NCBI RefSeq assembly: GCF_004010195.1
Contig: NC_057719.1
Location: forward strand, 81,400,840 to 81,464,839
DNA from: Chiloscyllium plagiosum
Lineage: Eukaryota
Direction: 5' to 3'
DNA length: 64,000 bases
The position numbers were made by a program, and so were the translations under genes. Of this stretch, positions 25,815 through 38,150 are shown one piece after another. Positions within the stretch are counted from its first letter, which is position 1, and each line of letters starts with the position of its first letter. Below the pieces are notes generated by a model. That model saw nothing but the letters and a program-made list of their open reading frames with translations, did no database searches and was not told where the DNA came from.

Positions 25815-26150
25815 AATGTATTCACAGGATGTGACTTTGCTGGTTAGGCTCGCATTTGTTGCGTGTCCTTAATTGCCCAGTGTGCAGTTAAGTATCAACC
25901 ATATGACTGTGGGTCTGGAGTCAAATGTCAGCTAGACCAGTTTCCTTGTCTAAATGAGATCAGTGAACTGGCTGGTTTTTGTTTTCCTATAATTTACAGT
26001 GGGTTCATGATCATCATTAGACTCATAGTTCCAGATTTATGTTGAATTAAAATTCCACAATCTGTCATGATGGAATTTAAACACAGGTCCCCAGAACATT
26101 AGCTCGGTTTCTGGATTAATAGTCAAGCAATAATACGACTAGGCCATCAT
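25815..26150 (-). mobile_element. Deu-domain tRNA-SINE (SacSINE1-like)
   Basis: Reverse complement of head AGTCGTATTATTGCTTGACTATTAATCCAGAAACC..GGGGACCTGTGTTTAAATTCCA; same family as 30450-30965. Confidence 0.65.
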
Positions 26151-29012
26151 CTATCCAATGTTCACAGTGGTGAACCTGTCCAGCATCTACAGCACCGATA
26201 GTAATCCTGCCACATCTATTATCAGTTGCCTTAACAGGATTAAAATCCATTCAGGCAGTGTGTAAACTGTCATCAGGGTTCCTGGATCCAGCAGTCAGAG
26301 TAACCTGCTTCTGAAAGCTGATGTTGAATCAGAGGCCAGCGGCTATTAGGTAATACCACCAAGTGTGGCGATTGCCAGTGGCGTGGTAGACCTCAGGAGG
26401 AGGATGTTGCTGAAGCCCTTGAACTCAGGTAACTGTGGTCCGGTCAGTAGGGCCAGTTACTTAAGCCTCAGTGAGAAATTTGAGGCGTTTTTGTGTAAAG
26501 GGTTGAGGATGTTGGGATTTGGGTGGTTCTGGGTGGTGGTGTGTCTTGATGAATGGGCATTGCTTGCAGCCATTTGGTCCCACTATTGGGGACAAGAGGC
26601 AAATCCCCTGCCCCTTCCCCAGCTGAGTCATAATCTGAATCACAATTTAAGTCAGTATAAAATAGTAATTTAAAATCTTTTGGAGATTAGCCAGAATTCA
26701 ATTAGTCAGAAAAGAACAAATGGATAAGAAATTGCTGCATGGAACCAAAAGCTACTGAAAATAAGATCAGAGAACTCTTCGCTGTCCTAACAGTTAATGT
26801 TCTATCAAATGACCAAAACTGCTGAGAGGCACCTATAGTGTACCACCTGATGCCTTTTACATTTGGTATGATACCTCCCCCTCCATTCCAACAACACCCT
26901 GCCAATGGTAAAATACCAATAGTGACAGTATAAGACGATTAGAAGACTATTTCAGAACATCAGTTGACACATGAGAGGTGGACAGATGGCTATCCATGAC
27001 CCTCCCAACTGCAAATCTCCGACTCATTACATGCTCCCTTCGCACCTCCCAACTCACTCCTTGAAAGCGAAAGAAGAGAAAATTAGATAATATCTGGTTG
27101 TAAGGCAGTATAATACTGGAATCCTGTTGGCATATGGCAGGTTTCTCCCAGCATTTTGGTCCTGTTGATAGAGCATTAAGAACTCTGCTGTTATAATCAG
27201 CGGTCTCTTGTCACAAATAACAATTTCTCATCCATTTATTCTTTTGTAGCTAATTGAATCATCTCAAAAAGATTTTGAATTACTACTTTTCACTGACTTA
27301 AATTATGGTTTGAATTCAGCAGTACTTAAAAGAATAAACAGGCCTATAATCATCGCAGTGAGATAATCAATACTATAATTAAAAGCAGATAAACAAATGT
27401 GCAATAAGTGAGTAGAGATTGGGCTTCATTATTTAGAGTACAGTCATGATGTTACTTCTTCATTTTTTTTACTTTCACACATTACTTCTCAGAATAAATG
27501 AGTGAGTAATTATGCTGTTTGAATGCCCCAATTTAATAAACATTAATAGGGATGATATCTTTTCATCTCAGTTTGCAAATGGGCCTTGGCAGGGAAAAAA
27601 GATTAATGTCCACCCCGATGACATAGTGCATCATCTATTCTGTCATCGAAGGATTCATAGTTGAATGAGAAAGTAAACAACATCTCTTTGGATTACTTAC
27701 ATCCACTTCAATTTCATTAAACAATAAAGAACATCAGTTAAATTGTATTTTCTATTTGACCAATGTAGATAGGGTGTGAAATTCAGTGGCATAATGTTGC
27801 TTCTAGTGATGCTATGGAGGCCTACCTCAGGTTTCTTTTTACAAGATATACCACTCAACATTCTCTCTCTAACCGATGCTGAAGGAAGTTACGTACACAG
27901 ATTGGTCCATTGATTGTGCCAAAGACCTTGAATAGGTGCTATTCTGATGCTATTGGTGTCGTGGTCAGCTGCAAAGCCAAGATAGGAAATCTGGATAATA
28001 CACGTTAATCACTCCTGAAGCAACAAATTTTGAAGAAAACTAGAATCTGTTCTGAACAATTTAACGTTCCACTCAGAAAGTTGCAGGTGAAGTACTTTTC
28101 AGTTGCATTTGCTAAAGCAATGTTTGTCATATTTCTGGTGAGTTGTTTGAACAAGTTGATAATATTTGCTACATACAGTAATGTTACGTTCTACATAGGT
28201 CCACTAAGATAGAAAGGATGGCTGTTTGGTGTCAAGGACCACCCCGTCACAGGTGGCCAACAATCCTTTTTGCTTCTCATCAAGCCAGATCACAAGGCTG
28301 TCATTTAGAGGAACAGAGTATTCTGCAACACCAAGGAGAAAGCCATACAGAGGTATGGACTTGGCCAGGCATGGAGAGAAGGAGGCAAAGGTGAAATCCA
28401 TGGGCAAGGAGAGGTTGGGGGGGCTCTCCATTGAAGACCATACCCCCACAGTTGTTGCAGGTGTACCACTCCTAATCAGCCATGTATCAACTATAAAGCC
28501 TGAGAAAGGTATCTTTCACAAAGCCGTTCATCACATGATCTTCACAATGCCCTAAACCTTCAATGCAGAGCTTGAAAATCCCACCAAATAGTTGTGGCAC
28601 ATCTCCAATCTACTTACAAAATGCTTCTGCACTTCAGTGATGTTCCTTAGGCTGCACTGGTAACTGCATTCATTATGGTGGCAGACCTTCAATTCTAGAA
28701 CTTCTTCTGAGCTGCTTGCAGTGTTGTTCAAGCTGAAACAACACCCAGCAGGGGTTCCTTGGTGGGTCAGTATGACTGTCAGAAATGAGGGTGCCAAGGT
28801 GCTCTCATCTACATTTTGACATTGACTGCTGAAGGTTGTTGGGCAGACATGTTAGGTCAATGCAGAAAGCATCTCAGCATATATTGTCTTCAGAATTTTC
28901 CTGTGATCATCCTAATGATATCCTTATATGAATCAACTGCATCAGATCTCGTTTTGGGAGATTTCCGATAGAAATGGGTTTTCTTTGCCCTCGGCTTGGC
29001 TTCAACCTATAA

Positions 29013-29548
29013 ACCAAAGATGTGCAGGTTATGTGAATTGGCTGTGCTAAATTGCCCATGGTGTTCAGGGATGTGAGGTTAGATTAGATTCCCTACAGTT
29101 TGGAAACAGGCCCTTTGGCCCAACAAGTCCACACCGACCCTCCAAGAGTAACCCATCCAGACCCATTCCTCTACCCTATATTTATCCCTGACTAATGCAC
29201 TCAACACTATGGGCAATTGAGCATGGCCAATTTACCTGACCTGCACATCTTTGGATTGTGGGAGGAAACCAGGACCCAGAGGAAATCAACACCGACACGG
29301 GGAGAAGATGGAAACTCCACACAGACAGTTGTCCGAGGCAGGAATTGAACCTGGGTCCCTGGCGCTGTGAGGCAGCAGTGCCAACCACTGAGTCACTGTG
29401 CCACCCCAAAGGTTAGGTGCATTAGTCAGGGATAAATGTAGAGTAATAGGGTAGGGGAATTGGTTTGGGTGGGTTTATCTTTGAAGAGTTGATGTGGACT
29501 TATTGGGCCAAATGCCCTGTTTCTACACTGTAGAGATTTTATGATTCT
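29013..29548. mobile_element. HE1-type SINE (+) with a full antisense HE1 SINE nested inside (~29083-29408)
   Basis: Outer SINE resumes after the inner copy; AGGTTAG duplicated at both junctions. Confidence 0.85.
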
Positions 29549-30449
29549 ACTAGTGTACAGTGACTGACTGATCCAGATTCTGCAGTAGCCTCTTCCAAAG
29601 TGCCAGCATATGAGTTGATGGCTGCTAGTTCAAGTCTTCTTCATTGATGTCAGGATGCTGATCAGCATTTGTTCTTGAATATCTGAAAACACAATTACAT
29701 TATTAGAGTGAAGGAGTGGTGAGGGGGAAAGCAACAGTTCCAAACCATCTGTAAATCATGGCATCCTTTGGATGAAGGTGAGGATTGAGTGGAGAAGATG
29801 CCTGAAGCAGCAACTTACCGTAATTTCTGATAGCCTCTGCAATACGTGGTTCCACTAGATCTATGTTATTGAGTCCAATGATTCATTAGGCTGTTTCCTT
29901 GAGGGAAAGTAGATATGCTATTCCTCCATTGGTCCCTTGGTTTCCCTTCTCCCAATCCCCCCCAACCCCACCCCTAACCATCACCCCACTATTTGTGTTG
30001 CCTTCTGCAAAAGAGAGGCTAGAATGACAGTGACTGTGTGTCAAAATGGTGTGCCCATTTTGGTGTGCCAAGCAGCTGTAGGTTTGCAGAGGTTTGGAAA
30101 GATACGTGTGCAGCTGCATGATGAGAAGGCATGTTTCGACAATTTACATGTCAGTTTTGAGTGAATGCTTAGTGCTAAGGTGTGCTCCTGCTAGAGTGAA
30201 GGGATCATTGCTTCATTTTGAAGAGAGTGAGAGATGAATATGCAAATTAATTATCTCACCTTATTGAGTGACATCATATAATTTGTGCCCTGTAGCCATC
30301 TTGTAATCAAGCTGAAACTGAACATTAACTACTCTTGTCACCACTTCATATTCCTAGCAGAAGCAGCCGTTGTGATTCAGATGTTATGATCTCTGTCTCG
30401 TCCGATATTGGGCACATCCTGAAAGCGCATTTCCCCTCATCATGTGAAA

Positions 30450-30965
30450 GTGGTAGTGTAGGGCTAGTGTGTATTAGGCTCATATTCTAGAGAATATTCC
30501 TGACGAAGGACTTTTGCCTGAAATGTTGATTCTCCAGCTCCTCGGATGCTGCCTGACCTGCTATGCTTTTCCAGCACCACACTCTTGACTCTGATTTCCA
30601 GCAATTGCAGTCCTCACTTTCTCATATTTTAGAGACCCAGGCTAAGCCTCTGGGGATTTGGGTTTGAAACTTGTAGATGATGATGAAATTTGACACAATT
30701 AAAATCTGGAATTAAAAGCTAGCCTGAAGGTGACCATTGTTGATCATTGTAGAAAAAACAGCTTTGTCAGTAATGTCCTTTAGGAAAGGAGATCTATTAT
30801 CCTTACATGGTCTAGCCTACATATGACTCCAAACTTTCAGCAATATGGTTGACTTCTAACTGCCCTTTGAAGTGATCCTTGCAAGCTAGTCCGTGCAAAT
30901 GTCAATTAGAGATGGCAATAAATTATGGCCCAATGATGACACCCACACCCCATAAACAAATTTTA
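30450..30965 (+). mobile_element. Deu-domain SINE interrupted by a Penelope pLTR fragment (~30495-30622)
   Basis: Deu-like core TAATGTCCTTTAGGAAAGGAGATCT..CCTTACATGGTCTAGCCTACATATGACTCCA; insert flanked by CATATTCTAGAGA / CATATTTTAGAGA. Confidence 0.75.
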
Positions 30966-31214
30966 AAAAGACTGACAAAGCTGGCATTATTTCCATCTCT
31001 AGTTGTCCTAAAAAGGATGGTGATCAGCCAATTTCTTGATCTGTCACAGTCTTTGTTGTAAATGTACCCTCAGTGTTGGAAGTTTCAGGTCTTTGGCTGA
31101 ACCTTTTAAACTTGTTGTTCATGAATCAGGGCCCCCATCATAAGGTGAGCAGTATGCACCCAGATGCTTTCCATAATTGAAGCTTGGATCCTGTGCTACA
31201 TAGTCTGTTCAGAC

Positions 31215-31440
31215 TCCACCACATCCTCTGGCAGCTCATTCAATATATGCACCACCTTCTGTTTGAAAATGTTGCCCCTTAGGTCCTTTCTAAGTCTCTC
31301 CCCTCTCACCTTAAAACCTCATGCTCTCTACACCAGGGAAAAGACCTTGGTTTCAGCCTATCCATGCCCCTCACGATTTTATAAATCTCTAAAAGGTCAC
31401 CCCTTAGTCTTCAACGCTCCAGGGAACACAGCACCAGCTC
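31215..31440 (-). mobile_element. CR1 3' fragment
   Basis: Antisense match to 5930-6170. Confidence 0.8.
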
Positions 31441-32834
31441 TAAATGAAAAAGAAGCATTGATAAAATTGATGGCAATTTTCAAAACCATGTTTACCTTTG
31501 TCACCTGTTCGACTTCCTGCCCAGGCAATAGCTGTAAAAGTGCCTCAGCTCTTCTATACTAAAATATTATTAAATCGTGTACAATAATTTTATCAAGCTT
31601 AAAGGACCAACTTATGGAATAACTTATCTATTTACGTAATGCTGCAAGTATTGCTTCCTTCCTTTTGTATTTCTCAGCTCTCTTTTTTCCTTCTGTCTCT
31701 TGCTTCTCACATCTTCATCCTCAATTCTTCATCATTCCATCTCTAGGTTCAGTCATTTTGATATCTCCTTTTATAGTTTGTTTACTCTTTTGTTTTCTGA
31801 TTAGTTTCATGATTCATATCCTCTCCTCTTCTGATTCACACTTAAATTTTGCATTGACATTCTCACCTTTTCTGCTGGTAAACATTACCTGCTGGATACT
31901 GATGTATGATGCAATCCTAGAGAAAAATTGTAGAACCTTTAATAATGTTGAAAATTTTCAATTTTTGAACAGTTTTGTTTCTTATAAAACAAATATTGAA
32001 GATGGAAAGAAAAGACAGAATCATGAAAACATATAAAGTAGGATCTGTTTGTTTTCCCATTGCCTTGGAATGAAGAGTGTGGCAGGCAACCTGTGCCTAT
32101 GGGGATGATAATTGAAGGTTATTTGAAGAAACTTCCAACAACCAAACAGATTTGGAAACCATAACAACAGTAGCCTTTCCTTCTGGCGCCTTTCTTTCTG
32201 AGGCTGACCCTTGGGATCAAGGTTGACTTGTTTTTCTCTCTGGCTGAATAATTTCTGAGATGGCAAATCAAGTCTAATAAGCAGTCAGCAGACTGTCACA
32301 TGGGGGCAGCTGGTGCTTAAATGATTAGTTAGGTGAGGTGTTTGGAAGCTTGTGTACTTTGTCTGACATCTTGACTTCACAAATACTCAACAAATCTCTT
32401 GATGTGTTTGATGCCTTCCTAAGGCAGTCTTCTCATTTTGGTTAGTCACTAGCCAAGTGTTCCCATGACAAAAAATGGACAGGAATTTATTTTAACCAAT
32501 TAACTTTGAGAATATCTCGCCTCAAGTGTTTCTGCTGACCTCCTGGCATTTTCCTGTTATGACTGAATTCTAAGTAGTACGGTTGGTTTTGGAGTCTGGT
32601 GTTAGGTAAACAACCAACATGTCCAACACCAAGGAGGTGGTTTTGAGCAATTAAAACCTCTGTGCAGGCATTTTGGATTGGGAGAGAATGCTGCTGTTGG
32701 ACCGTCTTCTATTTCACCAGATTTGGAGGATCTTGATTGTACTTCCCCAGTGCTTGTTGGCTGTCCAACTGTTGGAGTTACATTATATTGCTGTAATGTA
32801 AAACATGAGCTTAGTCCTGAGTTTGAAATCCTAC

Positions 32835-33762
32835 TCATAGAGTTGCACAGAACAGAAACAGACCCTTCATCCAACTCGTCCATGCAGACCAGATACCCTA
32901 AATTATTCTAGTCACATTTACCAGCAGTTGGCCCATATTCCTCCAAACCCTTTTGTTCATGTAGATTAGATTAGATTCCCTACAGTATAGAAACTGGCCC
33001 TTCAGCCCAACAAGTCCACACTAACCCTCCGAAGAGTAACCCACCCAGACCCAGTCCCCTACCCTATATTTACTCATGACCAATGCACCTGACCGACACA
33101 TCCCTGAACACTATGGGCAATTTAGCATGGCCAGTTCACCTGACCACATCTTTGGATTGTGGGAGGAAACCGGAGCACCGGGAGGAAACCCACGCAGACA
33201 TGGGAGAACATGCAAACTCCATACAGAAGTGGGAATCGAACTAGGGTCCGTGGCGCTGTGAGGCAGCAGTACTAACCACTAAGCCACTGTGCTGCCATGT
33301 ACCCATCCAGATGCCTGTTAGATGTTGTTATTGTACCAGTCTCTACCGCTTGCTCTGGCAGCTCATCCTATACACACACCAATCTCTGTGTGAAAACGTT
33401 TTCCCGTTCGTCCCTTTTAAATCTTTCCCCCCTCACTATAAACAATTGCCATCTAGTTATGGATTCTGCTACCCTCGGAAAAAGACCTTGGCTATTCATC
33501 TTGTCCATGACACTCATGATTTTGTAAACCTCTATGAGGTAACCCCTCAGTCGATGACCCTCAAGGGAAAACACCCCCAGCCTATTCAGTCTCTCCGTAT
33601 GGCTCAAAACCTCCACCCCAGCAACGTCCTTGTAAATGTTTTCTGCACCCTTCCAAGTTTTACAATATCTTTGCTATAGCAGAGAGACTAGAACTGAATG
33701 CAGTATTCCAAAAGTGACCTAACCAAGGTCCTGTACAGATGCAACATGACATCCCAACTCCA
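32835..33762 (-). mobile_element. CR1/HER1 3' fragment with nested antisense HE1 SINE (~32963-33295)
   Basis: EVLSHTERLNRLGVFSLEGHRLRGYLIEVYKIM; CATGTA duplicated around the SINE. Confidence 0.85.
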
Positions 33763-33763
33763 A

Positions 33764-33900
33764 TGGAGAAAGTGAGGACTGCAGATGCTGGAGATCAGAG
33801 CTGAAAATGTGTTGCTGGAAAAGGCAGCATCCAAGGAACAGGAGAATCGACGTTTCGGGCATAAGCCCTTCTTCAGGAATGAGGCAAGTGTGTCCAGCAG
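33764..33900 (-). mobile_element. Penelope pLTR fragment with hammerhead motif
   Basis: CCTGAAGAAGGGCTTATGCCCGAAACGTCG on - strand. Confidence 0.8.
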
Positions 33901-34297
33901 GCGGCTCCCAAATATGGAAAGTGACCCACTTTCCCAAGTTTTGCCATAGATTTTAACTTAGAGGAGCGATGTGTTGGATAGAGCTAGTTGGAAGAGGACA
34001 TTTCTGAAGCATTCATATTCTGCATCTCACTGTGCTGCAGCAAGGAGTATATTTACTCTCAAGCTGTCAAGATTCACAAAATTATTGGTTAATTGTCGAG
34101 ATTTCAACATTTAGAAATTGCCATTGTAGTGATTGTAACAAGGTCAACCAGGTGGACTTCATAGAATATGATTTCCCTGATAGTGGCTATTAATCTGGTC
34201 CAATCAGGGAGTTCTGGCTGATAGATGTGAACAAGAGAATCAGGCATCTTGCTCAATCTGAGAGCTGGCTTTGAGGGAGCTGGATCAGTGTCAAGGA

Positions 34298-36496
34298 TCC
34301 TCCATTTGTGTCGGAACTGACTCTGCTGGCTGGGCCACAATCACTGTGTTGCTGCTGCTGTTGGTTTCTGTTTTTTTTGGATAAAACCTGATTTCTGAAC
34401 TGGCTGAACCTTATAGCTAGTTTGTTAACTGGCATTCCTTTTTATTGAGGACTGACTTTTAAACTGGTTGATTTAAACAGTCAATGTGTTACAGGTGTAA
34501 TTTGGTTTTCATTAGGGAACTGATGTTTCACTGCTTAGTTACAGCCTGTGTGTTACTCTTTTTTTCCTCCTTTATTTTGTGAAAAGGACTATGTTGATTT
34601 GTGGCAGGGTTTAGCCTTTGAACTTTTTTTTGTGTTTTGAATGTGTTTTCACTTTTTTGATGTTTGGACTGAGCCCTTGTGAGAAAATACATCTTTACAG
34701 ATGAGCTGGCCCCTTATGGCTAGGCCTGGCCCTTTGTGGATGTCTAGGCCTTTGTAAAGACTGAACACCTGTATGTGTGCTAGGAAGTGAGCAATTGCTG
34801 CATGCTGGAGTGGACTGCATCTTTCCAATGTCCTGTGTTCCTATTAGTGGGCTTCTGAAGACTGAACAACTGTGTGTGGCATGGACTCTGCCTTTGGGTG
34901 TGGACTCTGTCTTTGCACTAGAAACTATATTGAGGACTCTATGAATTCTGTTACTGTATGTGGGTTTTGTAATTGTTTGAATGTGAGTCAGAGTGGGCTA
35001 GTCAGTATGTGGGTGGCTGGGAGCTGGAGGGTCAATGTCTGACATGTGGGAAAACAAGCTTTGGGGGATGCGGGGGGGGGGGAGGTGTCTGTTCGTATGC
35101 AGAGTGGCTGAGGACCAGGCAGCTGACAGCAAGTTTGTAGAAAAGCTGCTCAAGAGAGAGGTAGCCAGTATGCGGGCTGGCTGCGGACCAGAGGGTTGAT
35201 GACTCCCCTGGAGGAAAGCGGGCCGGGAGAAGACTCAGTATGCAGGGCAGGCGAGGCCAGGCAACTGGTAGCGTCCTTGCAGGAAAGCTAGTATAGGGCA
35301 GGCCGGTCAGTATGCGGGGAGGCTGAGCCAGGCAGGTGACAGCAGCCTGACTGGGGTAGACCAGTCAGTACGCACGGAGGTTGGGAGCCAGATAGTCGAT
35401 GGCCAATCCTTAGGAATGCTGGCCAGGCGAAAGGATCAATCAGTATGTGGGCCGGCCAGGTACTAGAATGCCGACATCCCAACTGTGGGAAAGCAGGTTG
35501 GAGGTGGTTTGGTTAGTACATGGGGCGACCAGGAGCCGGTAGCTGATGTCGTCCAGGAGGAAAATGGGCTGGGGAGAGTCAGTCAGTCAGTAGGCCGGAG
35601 ACTGGAAGGCCAGCTTTCTGTTCGATTACTTAGTGTGGAAACAGGCCCTTCGGCCCAACAAGTCCACACCGACCTACCGAAGCGCAATCCACCCATACCC
35701 CTACATTTACCCCTTACCTAACACTACGGGCAATTTAGCATGGCCAATTCACCTGACGTGCACATCTTTGGACTGTGGGAGGAAACCGGAGCACCCGGAG
35801 GAAACCCACGCAGACACGGGGAGAACGTGCAAACTCCACACAGTCAGTCGCCTGAGGTGGGAATTGAACCCGGGTCTCTAGTGCTGTGAGGCAGCAGTGC
35901 TAACCACTGTGCCACCGTGCTGCCCACAAACATAAATTGAAATCCGACTCTGACTCTGCCCCATCTTCCCCACCCCCCCCCCCCCGCTCTGACCATAGGA
36001 GCATAAACATTCAAAGTGAAGCACCCAATCTGACTCTTGTAGTAAAGCAGCCTGGGGTAGTTTGGTCAGTACGCTGGGTGACTGGGAGCTGGGTGGTCGA
36101 CAACCAGCCTGGAGGAAAGCAGGCCAGGAGAGGGTCAGTCAGTACACAGGGCAGCCAGAGACCGGAAGGCCAACGACTGTCCTGCAAGAAGGCTAGCCAA
36201 GGATGGTCTGATCAATATATGGTGCGAACGGGTGTCAGGTGTCCTTTTTTACTGGCATATTGGATCTGTGGTCTATGCACTGTTTCTCACTTGATTGCAC
36301 TGTTTTCTGTGTTTGTTTCTGCGATCTTTTGATAAATGGAAGTGGGACTTGAGGTTTGTTCTCATCTCCCTGAAAACTGGTTGAACGGTGACGTTAGGGG
36401 TTTGGCTTTGCTGTCCTTTCCTTTATATATAGTGGTGTTTTGTGAACTGCTGCTTTGTTGATTAACTATATTCCTTACTGCTTAACAAAAAAAAAT
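34298..36496 (+). mobile_element. Non-autonomous Tx1-related unit (5' leader plus long 3'UTR, no ORFs), ending in an A-tail
   Basis: Shares the leader CCATTTGTGTC..TCTGCTGGCTGGGCCACAATCA with 36570-36620; 34480-34960 aligns to 42220-42720; 36230-36495 aligns to 43660-43938. Confidence 0.8.
35623..35925 (-). mobile_element. Full-length HE1-type V-SINE
   Basis: A box TGGCACAGTGG, B box GGTTCAATTCC, V-domain, CR1-like tail on - strand. Confidence 0.92.
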
Positions 36497-37684
36497 GAAC
36501 AGGAGAATCGGGCATCTTGTTCAATCTGAAAGCTGGCTTTGAGGGAGCTGGATCAGTGTCAAGGAGTTTCCATTTGTGTCAGGGGACAGATTCTGCTGGC
36601 TGGGCCACAATCAGTGTGTACTGGCAGGAGGAGAAAGAGGAGGAGAGTTTTCCCTCTTGCAGGGAAGACATTTGCCTTCTGTTTTTGGTTTTTTGTGATT
36701 TTTCATTTTCTTTTTCCTGTGTTCAGCTGCACAGGCAGCTACCACCACCAGTGCTGCTGCTACAGCCTAGGGTCTGCTTCTGCTGCTGCAACCTGAGCCT
36801 CTCCAATTTCTTGGCCTGCTTCTACTGTTACAGCCTAGGCCCCACCTACATCTCAAGACTATCGCTGGTGCCTGGCACCCTGCCTCCACTGGTGGTGCCT
36901 GGGCCCCATCAATATCCAGACTGTTGCTACTACCTGGACCTGCCTTTATTGCTGCTGCCTGGACCCCTCGCCCACATAGGACTGCTGCTGCCTGAGCCCA
37001 CCCACACCTGGGACTATTGCTGCTGTTACTGCCTGGGCCTAACCCCTTTGCTGTTTCCAGGGCCGTTGCTGCTACTGCCCCAACCTCCCAGTGTCATGAC
37101 TGCCATCACCTGAGGCCCGTGCAGAGGAAGGGCACCTGGAGTCGCCCAGCAACATACCATATGAGGAGCCCAAAAGCAGCATGCCCCAGCCGCACCTATG
37201 CGGGGGTAGTGGCTGCTTTAGGCTCGGCTGCACCAGTCCTGGCTGCAAATACTTCCTGCTTCAGGCACCAAACTAAACAACACCTGGGGACTAAGGCCTA
37301 TCCCCATCTGAACATGACAGAGACTTGCAGTACTTGCCCACTAGCCATTGTAGCTGCAGCCCGTTTATACGGGAAAGCGGTACTTTTCCTGTAGACCGAG
37401 CAGACGGTCCACCTGGCCATGCAGAAGGGGCTCACTGTGGACGGGACATTTCTTCCCATTGACCCATTGGAGGTCACAATCCAGAGGGTTGAAATCTCTA
37501 ACGTCCTTTATTTGCCCCCCCCCCCCAAACACCAAACGCTGGGGGAAATCTAGTCAGATGTACAACCACTCCTGCTCGGTCTTAAAGACCCTGTCCTCAA
37601 GCACGTGTAATCTTTCTGGCGCCAGGTATTCATTTGCATGACCGAAGAGGAGGTTGCTGAGGGCGCCTTTGCCCTCCTCCAAAA

Positions 37685-38150
37685 GGAGAAAGTGAGGACT
37701 GCAGATGCTGGAGATCAGAGCTGAAAATGTGTTGCTGGAAAAGCGCAGCAGGTCAGGCAGCATCCAAGGAACAGGAGAATCGACGTTTCGGGCATAAGCC
37801 CTTCTTCAGGAATGAGGAAAGTGTGCCAAGCAGGCTAAGATAAAAGGTAGGGGGGAGGGGTGTTGGAAATGCGATAGGTGGAAGGAGGTTAAGGTGAGGG
37901 TAATAGGCCAGGATGGGGGCGGAGAGGTCAGGAAGAAGTTTGCAGGTTAGGAAGGTGGCGCTGAGTTCGAGGGTTGGGACTGAGACAAGGTGGGGGGAGG
38001 GGAAATGAGGAAACTGGAGAAATGAGTTCATCCCTTGTGGTTGGAGGGTTCCTAGGCGGAAGATGAGGCGCTCTTCCTCCAGCCGTCGTGTTGCTATGGT
38101 CTGGCGATGGAGGAGTTCAAGGACCTGCATGTCCTTGGTGGAGTGGGAGG
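37685..38150 (-). mobile_element. Penelope 3' fragment inserted in Tx1 ORF1
   Basis: MQVLELLHRQTIATRRLEEERLIFRLGTLQPQGMN plus pLTR with CUGAAGA..GAAACGUC. Confidence 0.9.

Noticed and set aside
28200..30120. Possible PIF/Harbinger transposon remnants (also near 48350-48480 and 50220-50260)
   Set aside because: Only faint resemblance; no convincing catalytic motifs, TIRs or TSD could be defined by eye.
31164..32036. ORFs of 132 and 123 aa
   Set aside because: Antisense CR1 and pyrimidine-rich low-complexity sequence; no protein similarity recognised.
36517..37113. 198-aa Cys/Leu/Pro-rich ORF as a host gene
   Set aside because: Low-complexity GCT/CCT repeats in the Tx1 5' region, starting in LTR-derived sequence; no recognisable domain.
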